A stretch of 64,000 nt of DNA, from assembly GCA_038999725.1 (NCBI GenBank), contig JAWBWS010000002.1, positions 64,001 to 128,000 on the forward strand. The letters are read 5' to 3'. Both the position numbers and the translations under genes were made by a program. The stretch is from Candidatus Aenigmatarchaeota archaeon (GTDB lineage Archaea > Aenigmatarchaeota > Aenigmatarchaeia > CG10238-14 > SCSR01). Each line of letters opens with the position of its first letter. The stretch's first letter is position 1. The notes under the pieces are model-generated. The model made no database searches. It was given only the letters and a program-made list of their open reading frames with translations, and was not told the origin of the DNA. Below, in pieces: positions 1 through 9,289 of the stretch.

Positions 1-1
1 C

Positions 2-259
2 GGTTTGATAAGAAAGATTAAGAGGTGTAGGAACAAAGCTTCCATGACGAAACTGTTGGATGAACTTATAACCAGGATGAAAGAGGAAAATGAAATTTTG
101 AGACTTCAAGTAATGGCAAGAGAGAAAGAGAGAGATGAATACAAAAAAGAGCTTGATGAAATACATCAATCTATTAGTTATAGAGTTGGCAGGAGTATAG
201 CCGAAACAAGAATTGGTGGATGGCTCAAAAAAATCTTAAGGAAGTACATTTGGAAATGA
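2..259 (+). CDS. 3' end of a gene truncated by the window edge; coiled-coil plus amphipathic tail, probably the C-terminus of another radical SAM paralog
   Basis: Frame is open from base 2. The tail EENEILRL...LDEIHQSISYRVGRSIAETRIGGWLKK resembles the C-terminal extension of the rSAM at 9279-10676 (EENRHLRK...LIKIKSSLTFKIMTKIGNSRIGKIIK). Confidence 0.6.
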   Translation, partial: GLIRKIKRCRNKASMTKLLDELITRMKEENEILRLQVMAREKERDEYKKELDEIHQSISYRVGRSIAETRIGGWLKKILRKYIWK

Positions 260-263
260 TAAG

Positions 264-1418
264 ATGTTCAATTTTGATAGGGAAGAAAAAATTAATAAAG
301 AAAGGATTAGAAGATTGGCAAATTGGTATAGGGGCAAAAAAGAAGGTCCTGTTCAAATAGATGTTGAATTACATAAAAGATGTAATTTGAGGTGTATTTT
401 TTGTGCAAGGTTTGAAAACCATGAGAAATTGAACAAAGAATCTAAAAAATATGAAATGCCTTTGGATAGATGGTTGAGTGTAATTGAAGAGGCAATAGAG
501 CTGGATGCATTAATTTTCAATATAGAGGGGATAAATGAGCCTCCTGCAGCTCCAGAAATTTTCTTTCCTGTAATAAATAAAGTGAAAGATGTTGGGATGT
601 ATGGAATTATCACCACAAACGGCACACTTTGGAAAGAAGATCAACTCAAGAATTTAGTTGAGATGAGTTGGGATAGAATTCATTTCAGCGTCCATTCTGT
701 AATTCCACAAGTTCATGACAATTTAACTGGAATGAAAGGTTGTTTTAAGAAGGTTATCAAGAACATACAACTACTAAACAAATGGAAGAAAAAATTGAGA
801 TCAGAAAGACCGATGTTAAACATAAACATTTGTATAAACAAACTCAACTTTCGTGAATTACCTGAAATAGTTGAACTTGCTCACTCTCTTGACGCAGCCT
901 ACATATTCACAGAGCCTCTAATGGTTTATTCAGAGACTGGAAGAAAATTGAAACTTAGTGAAAGGGAATTGAAGAACCTGCCAAATATTGTAGAGATGGC
1001 AAAAAAAATTGCTGAAAAATACGGGATAGATAACAATTTTGCTACTCAAGACAAGAATTTAGAAAAGGAAATAGTTGAAAAAACAAGTGAGATGGAACCC
1101 TTGTTGCTTAAAGAGGTTGAAGTTTTAGAGGAGAGATTAATTTCTGCTCCTTGTTTTAAACCGTGGGAGAGAATCGCTATAAGGTACAATGGATTAGCTG
1201 GATATTGTGGTTATGTTGAAAATGGAGAAAATGTGATGGATAAAAATTTAATTGATATATGGTTTGGTGAATTCTTCCAGAATGCTAGAAGAATGATGTT
1301 GAGAAAAAAGCTTTTCCCCCACTGTCATAAATGTGTTCCAAGTGATTTCACACAAAGGAAAAGATTTAGAAAAGAACTCATGGAAGCCATTGGGATGGAA
1401 AATGGAGGAGATAAGTAG
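264..1418 (+). CDS. radical SAM protein with SPASM/Twitch-type C-terminal domain
   Basis: CNLRCIFC, TTNG, PCFKPW...IWFGEFF...CHKC; the GGEP motif is changed to GINEP. Confidence 0.9.
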   Translation: MFNFDREEKINKERIRRLANWYRGKKEGPVQIDVELHKRCNLRCIFCARFENHEKLNKESKKYEMPLDRWLSVIEEAIELDALIFNIEGINEPPAAPEIFFPVINKVKDVGMYGIITTNGTLWKEDQLKNLVEMSWDRIHFSVHSVIPQVHDNLTGMKGCFKKVIKNIQLLNKWKKKLRSERPMLNINICINKLNFRELPEIVELAHSLDAAYIFTEPLMVYSETGRKLKLSERELKNLPNIVEMAKKIAEKYGIDNNFATQDKNLEKEIVEKTSEMEPLLLKEVEVLEERLISAPCFKPWERIAIRYNGLAGYCGYVENGENVMDKNLIDIWFGEFFQNARRMMLRKKLFPHCHKCVPSDFTQRKRFRKELMEAIGMENGGDK

Positions 1419-2481
1419 TTTATTGAAATGGAAGAAAGAGGGGAAAGGCTACCCAACTCAAGTCCAAATCCACCTTACCAACTATTGTAACTTGAGGTGC
1501 ATTTTTTGTCCAACAAGAGCTTTGGTTAAAGAAGTTGAGAGGAAAAAAGAATTGACAAAGGAGCAATGGTTGAAAATTATAGAGGAAGGTAATAAGTTGG
1601 GTGTAAAAGAATGGCACATATGTGGTGGTGGCGAACCTCTATTTTTCACAAAAGATGCAATAGAAGTGATGGAATATATAAAAGAAACTAGAAGATGTGG
1701 AGAAATCATCACTAATGGCACATTCTTTCAAGAAGATGTTGCGAGAAAAGTTGTGGAAATTGGATGGGATAAAATCTACATAAGCCTAGACTCACCAGTT
1801 GCCAAAACACAAAATTATTTGAGACAAGCCAATTGTTTTAGAAAAATAATTGAAGGTGTAAAAAATCTTGTTAAATGGAAGGGGAGATTGAAGAAGAAAA
1901 TTCCCCAGATTTATTTCCATGTGGTGATTTGTAATAAAAATTATAAACAAACCCCAGGGATGATTAAGCTCGCTAAAAAACTGAAAATAGATGGAGTGCT
2001 TTTGAACGCCTTAAATGTGTGGAAACCTGAAGTCAATAAATTAAGATTGAATGAAAGAGAAAAGGAGGAATTTAAAAAAATATTGAAGATAAGTGAAGAA
2101 TTAGCAAAAAAATTAAAAATTTCCACAAACGCACAAGATTTTTCAAAATTCCTTTTTATTGAAAAAGCAAATGTGATGAATGAGGCTATGGTAGAAGAAG
2201 TAGGAAAAACTGATGACCCATTTACTTCTATAGCTTGCTATTATCCTTGGTACAATATATCTATATTTGCAGATGGTAAAGCATTACCATGTTTTATTTT
2301 AAAAGATGAGGGTGAAAATGTAAAAAACAAGAGCCTGAAAGAGATTTGGTTTGGAGAGTACTTTACAGAAATAAGGCAAATGTTCTTGGAGAATAGACTG
2401 AAAGAGGATTGTTCAAAATGTAATCCTTGGAACTTGCCAAAGATGGAAGAAATAAGGAATAAATTACAAACATTGAAATAG
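1402..2481 (+). CDS. radical SAM/SPASM-Twitch protein
   Basis: Start moved to MEEISSLLKW by analogy with paralogs; CNLRCIFC, GGGEP, CYYPW, CSKC. Confidence 0.9.
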   Translation: MEEISSLLKWKKEGKGYPTQVQIHLTNYCNLRCIFCPTRALVKEVERKKELTKEQWLKIIEEGNKLGVKEWHICGGGEPLFFTKDAIEVMEYIKETRRCGEIITNGTFFQEDVARKVVEIGWDKIYISLDSPVAKTQNYLRQANCFRKIIEGVKNLVKWKGRLKKKIPQIYFHVVICNKNYKQTPGMIKLAKKLKIDGVLLNALNVWKPEVNKLRLNEREKEEFKKILKISEELAKKLKISTNAQDFSKFLFIEKANVMNEAMVEEVGKTDDPFTSIACYYPWYNISIFADGKALPCFILKDEGENVKNKSLKEIWFGEYFTEIRQMFLENRLKEDCSKCNPWNLPKMEEIRNKLQTLK

Positions 2482-2497
2482 AGGAAGGTGGTGAAAG

Positions 2498-3643
2498 ATT
2501 AGAATAAAAGGAATTATTTATGATGTAGGATTGGAGTATTGGCAAGGTCAACCAGTTCGAAAGATTTCTGAAGAAACTATGAGAAGTGAATTTAAAATTA
2601 TAAAAGATGAGCTCAATTGCAATGCCATAGGCTTTCATGGAAGTTTTAACGATAAATTGCTGAAGGCTGCAAAAATTGCTTTAGAAGAGGAATTAGAGGT
2701 ATGGTTATTTCCTCGATACATTAACAAAAATATAGAGGAAACACTTGGTTTATTTAAAGAATTTGCTTTTAATGCAGAAAAATTGAGAAAGGAGTATGGG
2801 AAACTCATTCTTGGAATTGGAGACGAGCTAACTGTTAATTGTTCAAGCTTCTTCAGTGGAAAAAAGTATGTGGACAGGGTAAGAAGATTAACCGTCTACA
2901 TATTTTTAAAAAATCTTTACCCCTTGATAATGGGCGAAAAAACCGATGAATGGTTTTTTAAGTTTAAGGATAGGGAATTTGTATTCGAGAATCTATTTCC
3001 AGATTACATAAGCAGAGAAAGAATTGAAGAATTTGAAGATTATGCCATCTCAATTGAAAGATTTTTAAAAGAATTTGATGAGAAATTTATGAAATTCATA
3101 GAAGAAATGGCGAATATAGGAAGAAACAATTTCAATGGAAAAATTACTTACAGCTCTGGATGGTGGGAAGAGCTGAATTGGAAGTTATTTGACATAATAG
3201 GGATTGGTATGTACATGGACCAAACAAATTGGTTCATTTATTCTGAAATTTTGAAAAAATTAAAAGAAAGATTTAACATGCCTCTAGTTGTTACAGAATT
3301 TGGGGCAGCAACTTTTCGACATGCTAGTATGTATGGTGGAGGAGCATGGTTGATTTTTGACAAACATGAAGTTGAAAGAAGTGAAGAAGAACAAGCAGAA
3401 CACATAGAAAGGCAATTTAATCTAATTAGGAAAAGTGGTGCTGATGGTGCTTTTTGCTTTATCTTTCTTGATGTTCCAGAGAAAGTGCATGTAGAGAATC
3501 CAAAGTATTACAAGGAGGATGGAGATAGAGGTGGGTATGGTATAATGAAAATTTATCCTGATGGAAGGTTAGAGCCTAAAAAGTCATTTTATGTTCTTAA
3601 AAATTTGTATAAAAGTGTTTCAGAAAACTCAAGTGTAGATTAA
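2498..3643 (+). CDS. TIM-barrel glycoside-hydrolase-like protein (putative ATT start)
   Basis: Frame opens after TGA 2492-2494 and reads IRIKGIIYDVG before the first TTG; IGDEL and VVTEFG are clan-A-like Glu motifs; GGTGGTGA RBS lies just upstream of ATT 2498. Confidence 0.7.
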   Translation: MRIKGIIYDVGLEYWQGQPVRKISEETMRSEFKIIKDELNCNAIGFHGSFNDKLLKAAKIALEEELEVWLFPRYINKNIEETLGLFKEFAFNAEKLRKEYGKLILGIGDELTVNCSSFFSGKKYVDRVRRLTVYIFLKNLYPLIMGEKTDEWFFKFKDREFVFENLFPDYISRERIEEFEDYAISIERFLKEFDEKFMKFIEEMANIGRNNFNGKITYSSGWWEELNWKLFDIIGIGMYMDQTNWFIYSEILKKLKERFNMPLVVTEFGAATFRHASMYGGGAWLIFDKHEVERSEEEQAEHIERQFNLIRKSGADGAFCFIFLDVPEKVHVENPKYYKEDGDRGGYGIMKIYPDGRLEPKKSFYVLKNLYKSVSENSSVD

Positions 3644-3709
3644 AGTATCGGAAGCAAAAATAAGAGAAATTTAAATTTTAAAAATTAAATCACTAAAAGA
3701 GACTTAATT

Positions 3710-3856
3710 ATGAAGAAGTTTGTTTGTTGCCCAAATTGTGGAGAAAAATTTGAAATAAGCTACGCTAGAACTTTCGCCTGTGGTTCTTGCCCTTCTGTGA
3801 TTCAATGCAACCTTATAAAATGTCCTAAATGTGGGCATGAATTCAAAAAACCTTAA
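3710..3856 (+). CDS. small Cys-rich protein (48 aa, 8 Cys; CPxCG zinc-ribbon-like)
   Basis: Translated by hand: MKKFVCCPNCGEKFEISYARTFACGSCPSVIQCNLIKCPKCGHEFKKP; below the ORF-track size cutoff. Confidence 0.8.
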   Translation: MKKFVCCPNCGEKFEISYARTFACGSCPSVIQCNLIKCPKCGHEFKKP

Positions 3857-4940
3857 ACTCCAAAAGTTTTTCTCCAATCTCTCTATTTCGAATAGATTGA
3901 GTAAAAACACAAAATTTGCATTCTTCTCTTATTTTTTTCTCAACAAAATTTTTCCTTTCTTCTTCAAAATATTCACCGAACCAAATTTCACTTAGAGATT
4001 TTTCTTTAATGTTTTCAGGAGATCCTTCGACCATACAACAAAAAGTTGCTTCGCCATTCCCCTTAACCAAAAAATGCAAAAAAGGCTCGAAACAAGGGGG
4101 AAGATTCTTTTGTGTTTTAGTTTCTACTGATGGCATGATAACATCCTCTGAACTTTTTTTGAGATGAAAGAGATTTGTATTTACACCAATTTGCAGTGAA
4201 AGTTCTATAGCTTCGTCAAGATTTGCCTGAAAAATTTTATTCTGCTCTTCATTCATCTCCAATATTTTGACCGAATCATCGTAAATTATTAATGGGATAA
4301 ATGTTACATCTTCACATCCAACTTCAGAAGCAAAAACTATCATCTCCTTTATCTTATCAAAAATTTTGTTAGTTAACACTGTGTTAAAAACTATGTGAGG
4401 CTTTTCTGAACTAAATCTCTTTTTATATTGTTTGAAAAGTTTCAGTGTAGTTTTAGCCTTCTTAAATGTTCCCTTAACACCTCTGATGAAATCGTTATCT
4501 CTTGAATTTGGCGCGTCGATGCTAAACATTATCCTATCCCATCCCATTTGAACAATTTTTTTTATATCCCTTTCAGAAAGCAATGTACCATTCGTGTTGA
4601 GGTTTCCTGCCATATTAAAATCTTTAATTTTTTTCATCAATTTCAAGGTAGTTTCTTTTCTAACAAAAGGTTCACCACCTCCTGTTATTAGAAATTCTTT
4701 TGCATCCAACTCATGAGCTTCTTCTACAAGTTTAAGCAATCTTTCTTCTTTTACCTCTAACTGCATTTCATTTCTTGGGTTATATTCTATTCCACTTTCT
4801 TTTAGCCTTCGTCTGTGAGCCCATGTACCACACATCCAACACCTTAAATTACACCTATTAGTTGGCCAAACCTCTATAAGAAAAGGTCCTACCTGCTTGC
4901 CTTTAGCCCATTTCTCAATCCTTTTGATTTTTTCATCCAT
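3843..4940 (-). CDS. radical SAM/SPASM-Twitch protein
   Basis: CNLRCWMC, GGGEP, TNG, PCFEPF, CKFC. Confidence 0.9.
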   Translation of the reverse strand: MDEKIKRIEKWAKGKQVGPFLIEVWPTNRCNLRCWMCGTWAHRRRLKESGIEYNPRNEMQLEVKEERLLKLVEEAHELDAKEFLITGGGEPFVRKETTLKLMKKIKDFNMAGNLNTNGTLLSERDIKKIVQMGWDRIMFSIDAPNSRDNDFIRGVKGTFKKAKTTLKLFKQYKKRFSSEKPHIVFNTVLTNKIFDKIKEMIVFASEVGCEDVTFIPLIIYDDSVKILEMNEEQNKIFQANLDEAIELSLQIGVNTNLFHLKKSSEDVIMPSVETKTQKNLPPCFEPFLHFLVKGNGEATFCCMVEGSPENIKEKSLSEIWFGEYFEEERKNFVEKKIREECKFCVFTQSIRNREIGEKLLEFKVF

Positions 4941-4942
4941 TT

Positions 4943-6001
4943 TTATTCCTTTAATTTTCTTCTTATTTCTTTATTTTCATCCACCAAAGGAACGCAACAC
5001 CTAGAACACCACTCAGGTAATTTTTTCAAGATTTCATTCCTCACTCTATCAAAATCCTTGTACCAAATCTCTTTTAAAGACTTTTCATTTAATTTTATTC
5101 CACCCTCTTTCGGCCACTGTGCACACGGTGTTACAAATCCATTAGAATTGATGTTTATGGTATACCAAGGTAGAAAACAAGGAGGGAGCTTCTTATCTTC
5201 GTCCAAAATTATTTCTTCCATTTTGTTTGAGTATAAATACAACTTTTTTTCAATCACTTCATCCAAATTGCTGAAAACGCCAAACTTTTTTCCAATCTCT
5301 TTCGCTTCTTGTAGAAACATGTTCACTTCTTTTACTTCATCTTCATTTATTTTTAGAAGTTTGGATTCTTCAGTTAGCTCTATTAGGGGTAAAACGTACA
5401 CGAAATTTACATCACTAGCGGAAAGTAATTGCATGAGTTTCCCCAACTCTTTATAATTTCTGTTAGTAAGAACAAAATTAACTTCTACTGTTGGAAAATT
5501 TGACTTTAACTTTCTCTTGACTCGTGAAAAACTTTTGACAAGTCTAAAAGCTTTGTCAAAAGACCCTTTTACACCTCTCAGATATTCATGTGTTTTTTTA
5601 AGACCATCTATGCTAACCCTTATTAAATCCCATTCCATTCTAACGATTTCCACAACATCTCTCTCTTTAACCAAAGAACCATTTGTGACAATTGACCCAG
5701 CTATTCCCTTATTTTTTATCTTTTTCATAATTTTCATTAAAATTTCTTTCCTCATGAATGGTTCGCCTCCGAGAATGCCACAAACTTTTACTTCCATTTC
5801 ACAAATTTCATTTATAGTCTTGAGAATTCTCTTGTCGTTCATCTCATTTCTTATAACTTCAATTGGGCTTTTTGAATAATTACAAAACTTGCATTTAAAA
5901 TTACAAGCTTCTGTAAGGAAAATATCTACTTTTATGGGATCTTCTTTTTTTCCATTTAAAAAATTTTTCAGCCTTCTAACAGTTTCTTCTAGGTGAGACA
6001 T
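4943..6001 (-). CDS. radical SAM/SPASM-Twitch protein
   Basis: Start MSHLEETVRRL overlaps the upstream stop (TAATG); CNFKCKFC, GGEP, PCFLPW, CSRC. Confidence 0.9.
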   Translation of the reverse strand: MSHLEETVRRLKNFLNGKKEDPIKVDIFLTEACNFKCKFCNYSKSPIEVIRNEMNDKRILKTINEICEMEVKVCGILGGEPFMRKEILMKIMKKIKNKGIAGSIVTNGSLVKERDVVEIVRMEWDLIRVSIDGLKKTHEYLRGVKGSFDKAFRLVKSFSRVKRKLKSNFPTVEVNFVLTNRNYKELGKLMQLLSASDVNFVYVLPLIELTEESKLLKINEDEVKEVNMFLQEAKEIGKKFGVFSNLDEVIEKKLYLYSNKMEEIILDEDKKLPPCFLPWYTININSNGFVTPCAQWPKEGGIKLNEKSLKEIWYKDFDRVRNEILKKLPEWCSRCCVPLVDENKEIRRKLKE

Positions 6002-7095
6002 TAAAGAACCTTCCTCAATTCTTCTCTTATCCTCAAATTCCAGGACAAATGAGTGGAAACACAATTTGAACAACTATCCAAAATTTTTCCACTCATTACA
6101 ACTTTTCTAAAAGCTTCAAATTCTTCACCATACCAAACATCCTCAAAGTTTCTTTTCCTCACACTTACCTCTTTCTTGCAAAAATCTGAAAGAAATATTG
6201 TAGAGCATGGACCAACTCTTCCATCGGCTTCTATCTTTGGCCAAATCCAAGGCTCGAAACATGGAATTTTAAGGAAAGGGTCTTTTTCATCCTTTGAAAA
6301 TTCAAGGATTTTCTCTTTCAAGTCCCCAGTCTTTTCAATCTCTTTTATTTCGAAGAGAACGTCTAGATTTGTTGAAACACCCAAAACAGTTGCAAGCTCT
6401 TTCCATTCTGAAATTTTTTTAAGTATAAAATCTCTCTCCTTTTGAGAAACCTTCAGCTTTTCCACGTTTGGATTACTTACAAAAACTGGCTCAAAAGTTA
6501 TGTTCTTTACCCCATAAGAACCAGCGAGTTTAATTATTTCTCCCAACTGAAAAAAATTGATTTTTGAAACAACTGTGCTAAACTCTAAAAATGGTTTTTC
6601 TTTCTTAAGAAGTTTCTTATAATAATTGAAAAGTTTAATATTCTTAACAATTTTTTTAAATGTACCTTTCACGCCTCTGGATTTATCATTCACTTCTGGA
6701 GTAGCACCATCAACACTAAAAATCACATTGTCCCATTCCATTTCTGTCACCATTTTTATATCTTTTTCCCTCCAAAGAGTTCCATTGGTAACAATCCTAC
6801 CCATGACTTTATTTTCTTTAATTATTTCCATCATCTTTAAAGTGGTCTCTGGAACCATCATGGGCTCACCACCGCCACTTATTTGTATTATATCCACACC
6901 CATTTCACAAAGTTCTTTTGTTAGTTCAAGCCACCTTTTTTTAGGTAAATCTTTTGAATAGTCATAGGGCTTGAGTCTTTGGAAGCAAAAGGGGCATTCC
7001 AAGTTGCATCTGTTAGTAGGATAAACTAGAACTTTATTTGGAGGTGCCTTTTTTCCCCTTCCCCATCTTGCCAATTTAGAAATCAATTCTTCCAT
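6001..7095 (-). CDS. radical SAM/SPASM-Twitch protein
   Basis: CNLECPFC, GGGEP, PCFEPW, CSNC. Confidence 0.9.
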   Translation of the reverse strand: MEELISKLARWGRGKKAPPNKVLVYPTNRCNLECPFCFQRLKPYDYSKDLPKKRWLELTKELCEMGVDIIQISGGGEPMMVPETTLKMMEIIKENKVMGRIVTNGTLWREKDIKMVTEMEWDNVIFSVDGATPEVNDKSRGVKGTFKKIVKNIKLFNYYKKLLKKEKPFLEFSTVVSKINFFQLGEIIKLAGSYGVKNITFEPVFVSNPNVEKLKVSQKERDFILKKISEWKELATVLGVSTNLDVLFEIKEIEKTGDLKEKILEFSKDEKDPFLKIPCFEPWIWPKIEADGRVGPCSTIFLSDFCKKEVSVRKRNFEDVWYGEEFEAFRKVVMSGKILDSCSNCVSTHLSWNLRIREELRKVL

Positions 7096-7153
7096 CTTTA
7101 TTATAAAAATTTTTTAAAAAATATAAGTTTATAAGAAAAATTGTAGTTAAACC

Positions 7154-8194
7154 ATGATTTACAGAAAATTAGGAAAAACAGGCCTTAAAGTTTCTGTATT
7201 AGGAATTGGTGGGGGAGCATTTTTTGGAAGTGATAAAAAGAAGGATCAAGTTGGAAAAATAATAGAGTACGGTTTTAGAAATGGCATAACTCTTATCGAA
7301 ACGGCAGAAGATTATGGAGAGGAAAAAATCGCTTCATTTATAGAAAAAATAAGGGAAAAAATTATTTTGGCTTCAAAATCCTTTTCCTCCAACAAAAAAG
7401 ATATGGAAAAATCAATAAAAAATAGTCTTAGAAAATTGGCAACAAATTATATAGACATTTACATGATGCACACGGTAGATTCAATTGAAAGTCTAAATTT
7501 TAGAATTAATAATGGTGTTCTTTCAGCCCTAAAAATAGCAAAATCAAAAGGCATGATAAAATATATAGGAATCACTAGTCATAATATCCCAACTTTAATT
7601 GAGGCTGTTAAGACTAACGAGTTTGATGTAATTGAAGTCCCTTATTGTATAGGTGCAAGTGAAACGGAAGAATTGTTCGATTACACAAAAAAGTATGGAA
7701 TAGGTGTGATTGCTATGAGACCTTTGGGTGGCGGTATTCTAGTAGATAGAAGTAAGAAAATACATTTCATGAACGTGAAAAATGCACTAGGATATGTGCT
7801 TTCGAATAAAAATGTAGCATCTGCTTTGGTTGGTGTAAGTTCTGAAGCACACTTAGAAGAGAATTTAAAGGCCATTAATTCTGTAAATCTTTCTAACTTT
7901 CCAAGAAAAGTGGTGGAGAAAAAAACAAAAGAATTTTTAGGTTCAAATTTTTGTAGGGGATGTCTTGCTTGTATGCCTTGTAAAGTTCATGGTTGGTCTT
8001 TACCTATCGATCAACTGATGCGAATGGAAATTTTCTATTTCAAATATAAAATCCTTAGTGTAGAAACAGATTATAAAAATCTCAATTTAAAAGCAAGTGA
8101 TTGTACCAAATGTAAAGAATGTGAAAAAAAATGTCCTTACAACGTGCCAATAATAAAAAAAATGGAAAAATTGGAAAGGGTTTTTGGTGAATAA
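7154..8194 (+). CDS. aldo/keto reductase with C-terminal 4Fe-4S ferredoxin-like domain
   Basis: YRKLGKTGLKVSVLGIG, YIDIYMMH, MRPLGGG; CRGCLAC and CTKCKECEKKCP. Confidence 0.9.
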   Translation: MIYRKLGKTGLKVSVLGIGGGAFFGSDKKKDQVGKIIEYGFRNGITLIETAEDYGEEKIASFIEKIREKIILASKSFSSNKKDMEKSIKNSLRKLATNYIDIYMMHTVDSIESLNFRINNGVLSALKIAKSKGMIKYIGITSHNIPTLIEAVKTNEFDVIEVPYCIGASETEELFDYTKKYGIGVIAMRPLGGGILVDRSKKIHFMNVKNALGYVLSNKNVASALVGVSSEAHLEENLKAINSVNLSNFPRKVVEKKTKEFLGSNFCRGCLACMPCKVHGWSLPIDQLMRMEIFYFKYKILSVETDYKNLNLKASDCTKCKECEKKCPYNVPIIKKMEKLERVFGE

Positions 8195-9289
8195 ATGCAC
8201 GAAGAAAAAATTAAAAGAATATTAAGATGGTTTAATGGGGAAATTTCACCCCCCTTCAAAATGGTTTTGATACCAACAAATAGATGTAACCTTAAATGTC
8301 CTTACTGTCCAAACGCCATTCCAAGATTGGAAGGAAAATTTAAGAAGGAGTATGAGCTCTCTACCGATGAATGGGTTAGAATTGTTAAAGAAGGGCTTGA
8401 ATTGGGTATAAAGGAATGGAGTATTATCGGGGGTGGAGAACCATTCTTAAGAAAAGAGGTTGTACTAAAAGTTGTTAAATTGGTAAAAAATCACGCAGCT
8501 ACTGAATGTGAGATAATCACTAATGGATCATTAATTGATGAAGAAGTTGCTAGAAATTTGGTAGTCTCTAGACTTGATAGAATACTATTCAGTATAGATG
8601 GTCCAAATGCTAAAATACATGATTCACTGAGAGGAGTAAAAGGAACTTTTAAAAGAGTCGAATCTTCCCTAAAACTTTTAAATAAATGGAAGGAAAGACT
8701 TAAAGAAGACAAGCCTTATGTTAAAGTAAATATGGTAATCAACAAACTAAATTTCAAAAAATTGTCCAATATGGTAAAATTTGTCCATAAATTCAAAGCT
8801 AAAGAACTAGCTTTACACCCTATGAGAGAGTATTTTGACTCAGTTGACCTAAATGAATTTTCTCTAACTGAAGAAGATAAGCTCGAGCTTCAGTATCATG
8901 TAGAAAAAGCTAGAAAAATCGCTGAGAAATTGAATGTATTTTTAAATATAGAAATGTTATTGTTGAAAACCATGGTGCCAAAAGAGAAAAAGTTGAAAGG
9001 TAAAATTTTGAAGAAAATTGAAAAATGCAGCTGTTTTGAGCCACTTTACACAATGCTAGTCGATTCAAATGGTTTTGTTAACTGTTGCTCTCCTAGTGGA
9101 AGTGGTATAAAAAGTTTAAATGTGAGAAGAATGTCACTAAAAGAAATTTGGCTAAGTAGAGAACTTTTTTCTTTAAGAAAAAAAGTTCTAAATGGTGGAT
9201 CTTTTACATATTGTGATAAATGTGGCTTAACTGATATTAAGTTTCACATTAGAGAAGAGCTACTAAAGAGTGTTGAACATGAAGTTTAG
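8195..9289 (+). CDS. radical SAM/SPASM-Twitch protein
   Basis: CNLKCPYC, GGGEP, CFEPL, CDKC. Confidence 0.9.
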   Translation: MHEEKIKRILRWFNGEISPPFKMVLIPTNRCNLKCPYCPNAIPRLEGKFKKEYELSTDEWVRIVKEGLELGIKEWSIIGGGEPFLRKEVVLKVVKLVKNHAATECEIITNGSLIDEEVARNLVVSRLDRILFSIDGPNAKIHDSLRGVKGTFKRVESSLKLLNKWKERLKEDKPYVKVNMVINKLNFKKLSNMVKFVHKFKAKELALHPMREYFDSVDLNEFSLTEEDKLELQYHVEKARKIAEKLNVFLNIEMLLLKTMVPKEKKLKGKILKKIEKCSCFEPLYTMLVDSNGFVNCCSPSGSGIKSLNVRRMSLKEIWLSRELFSLRKKVLNGGSFTYCDKCGLTDIKFHIREELLKSVEHEV

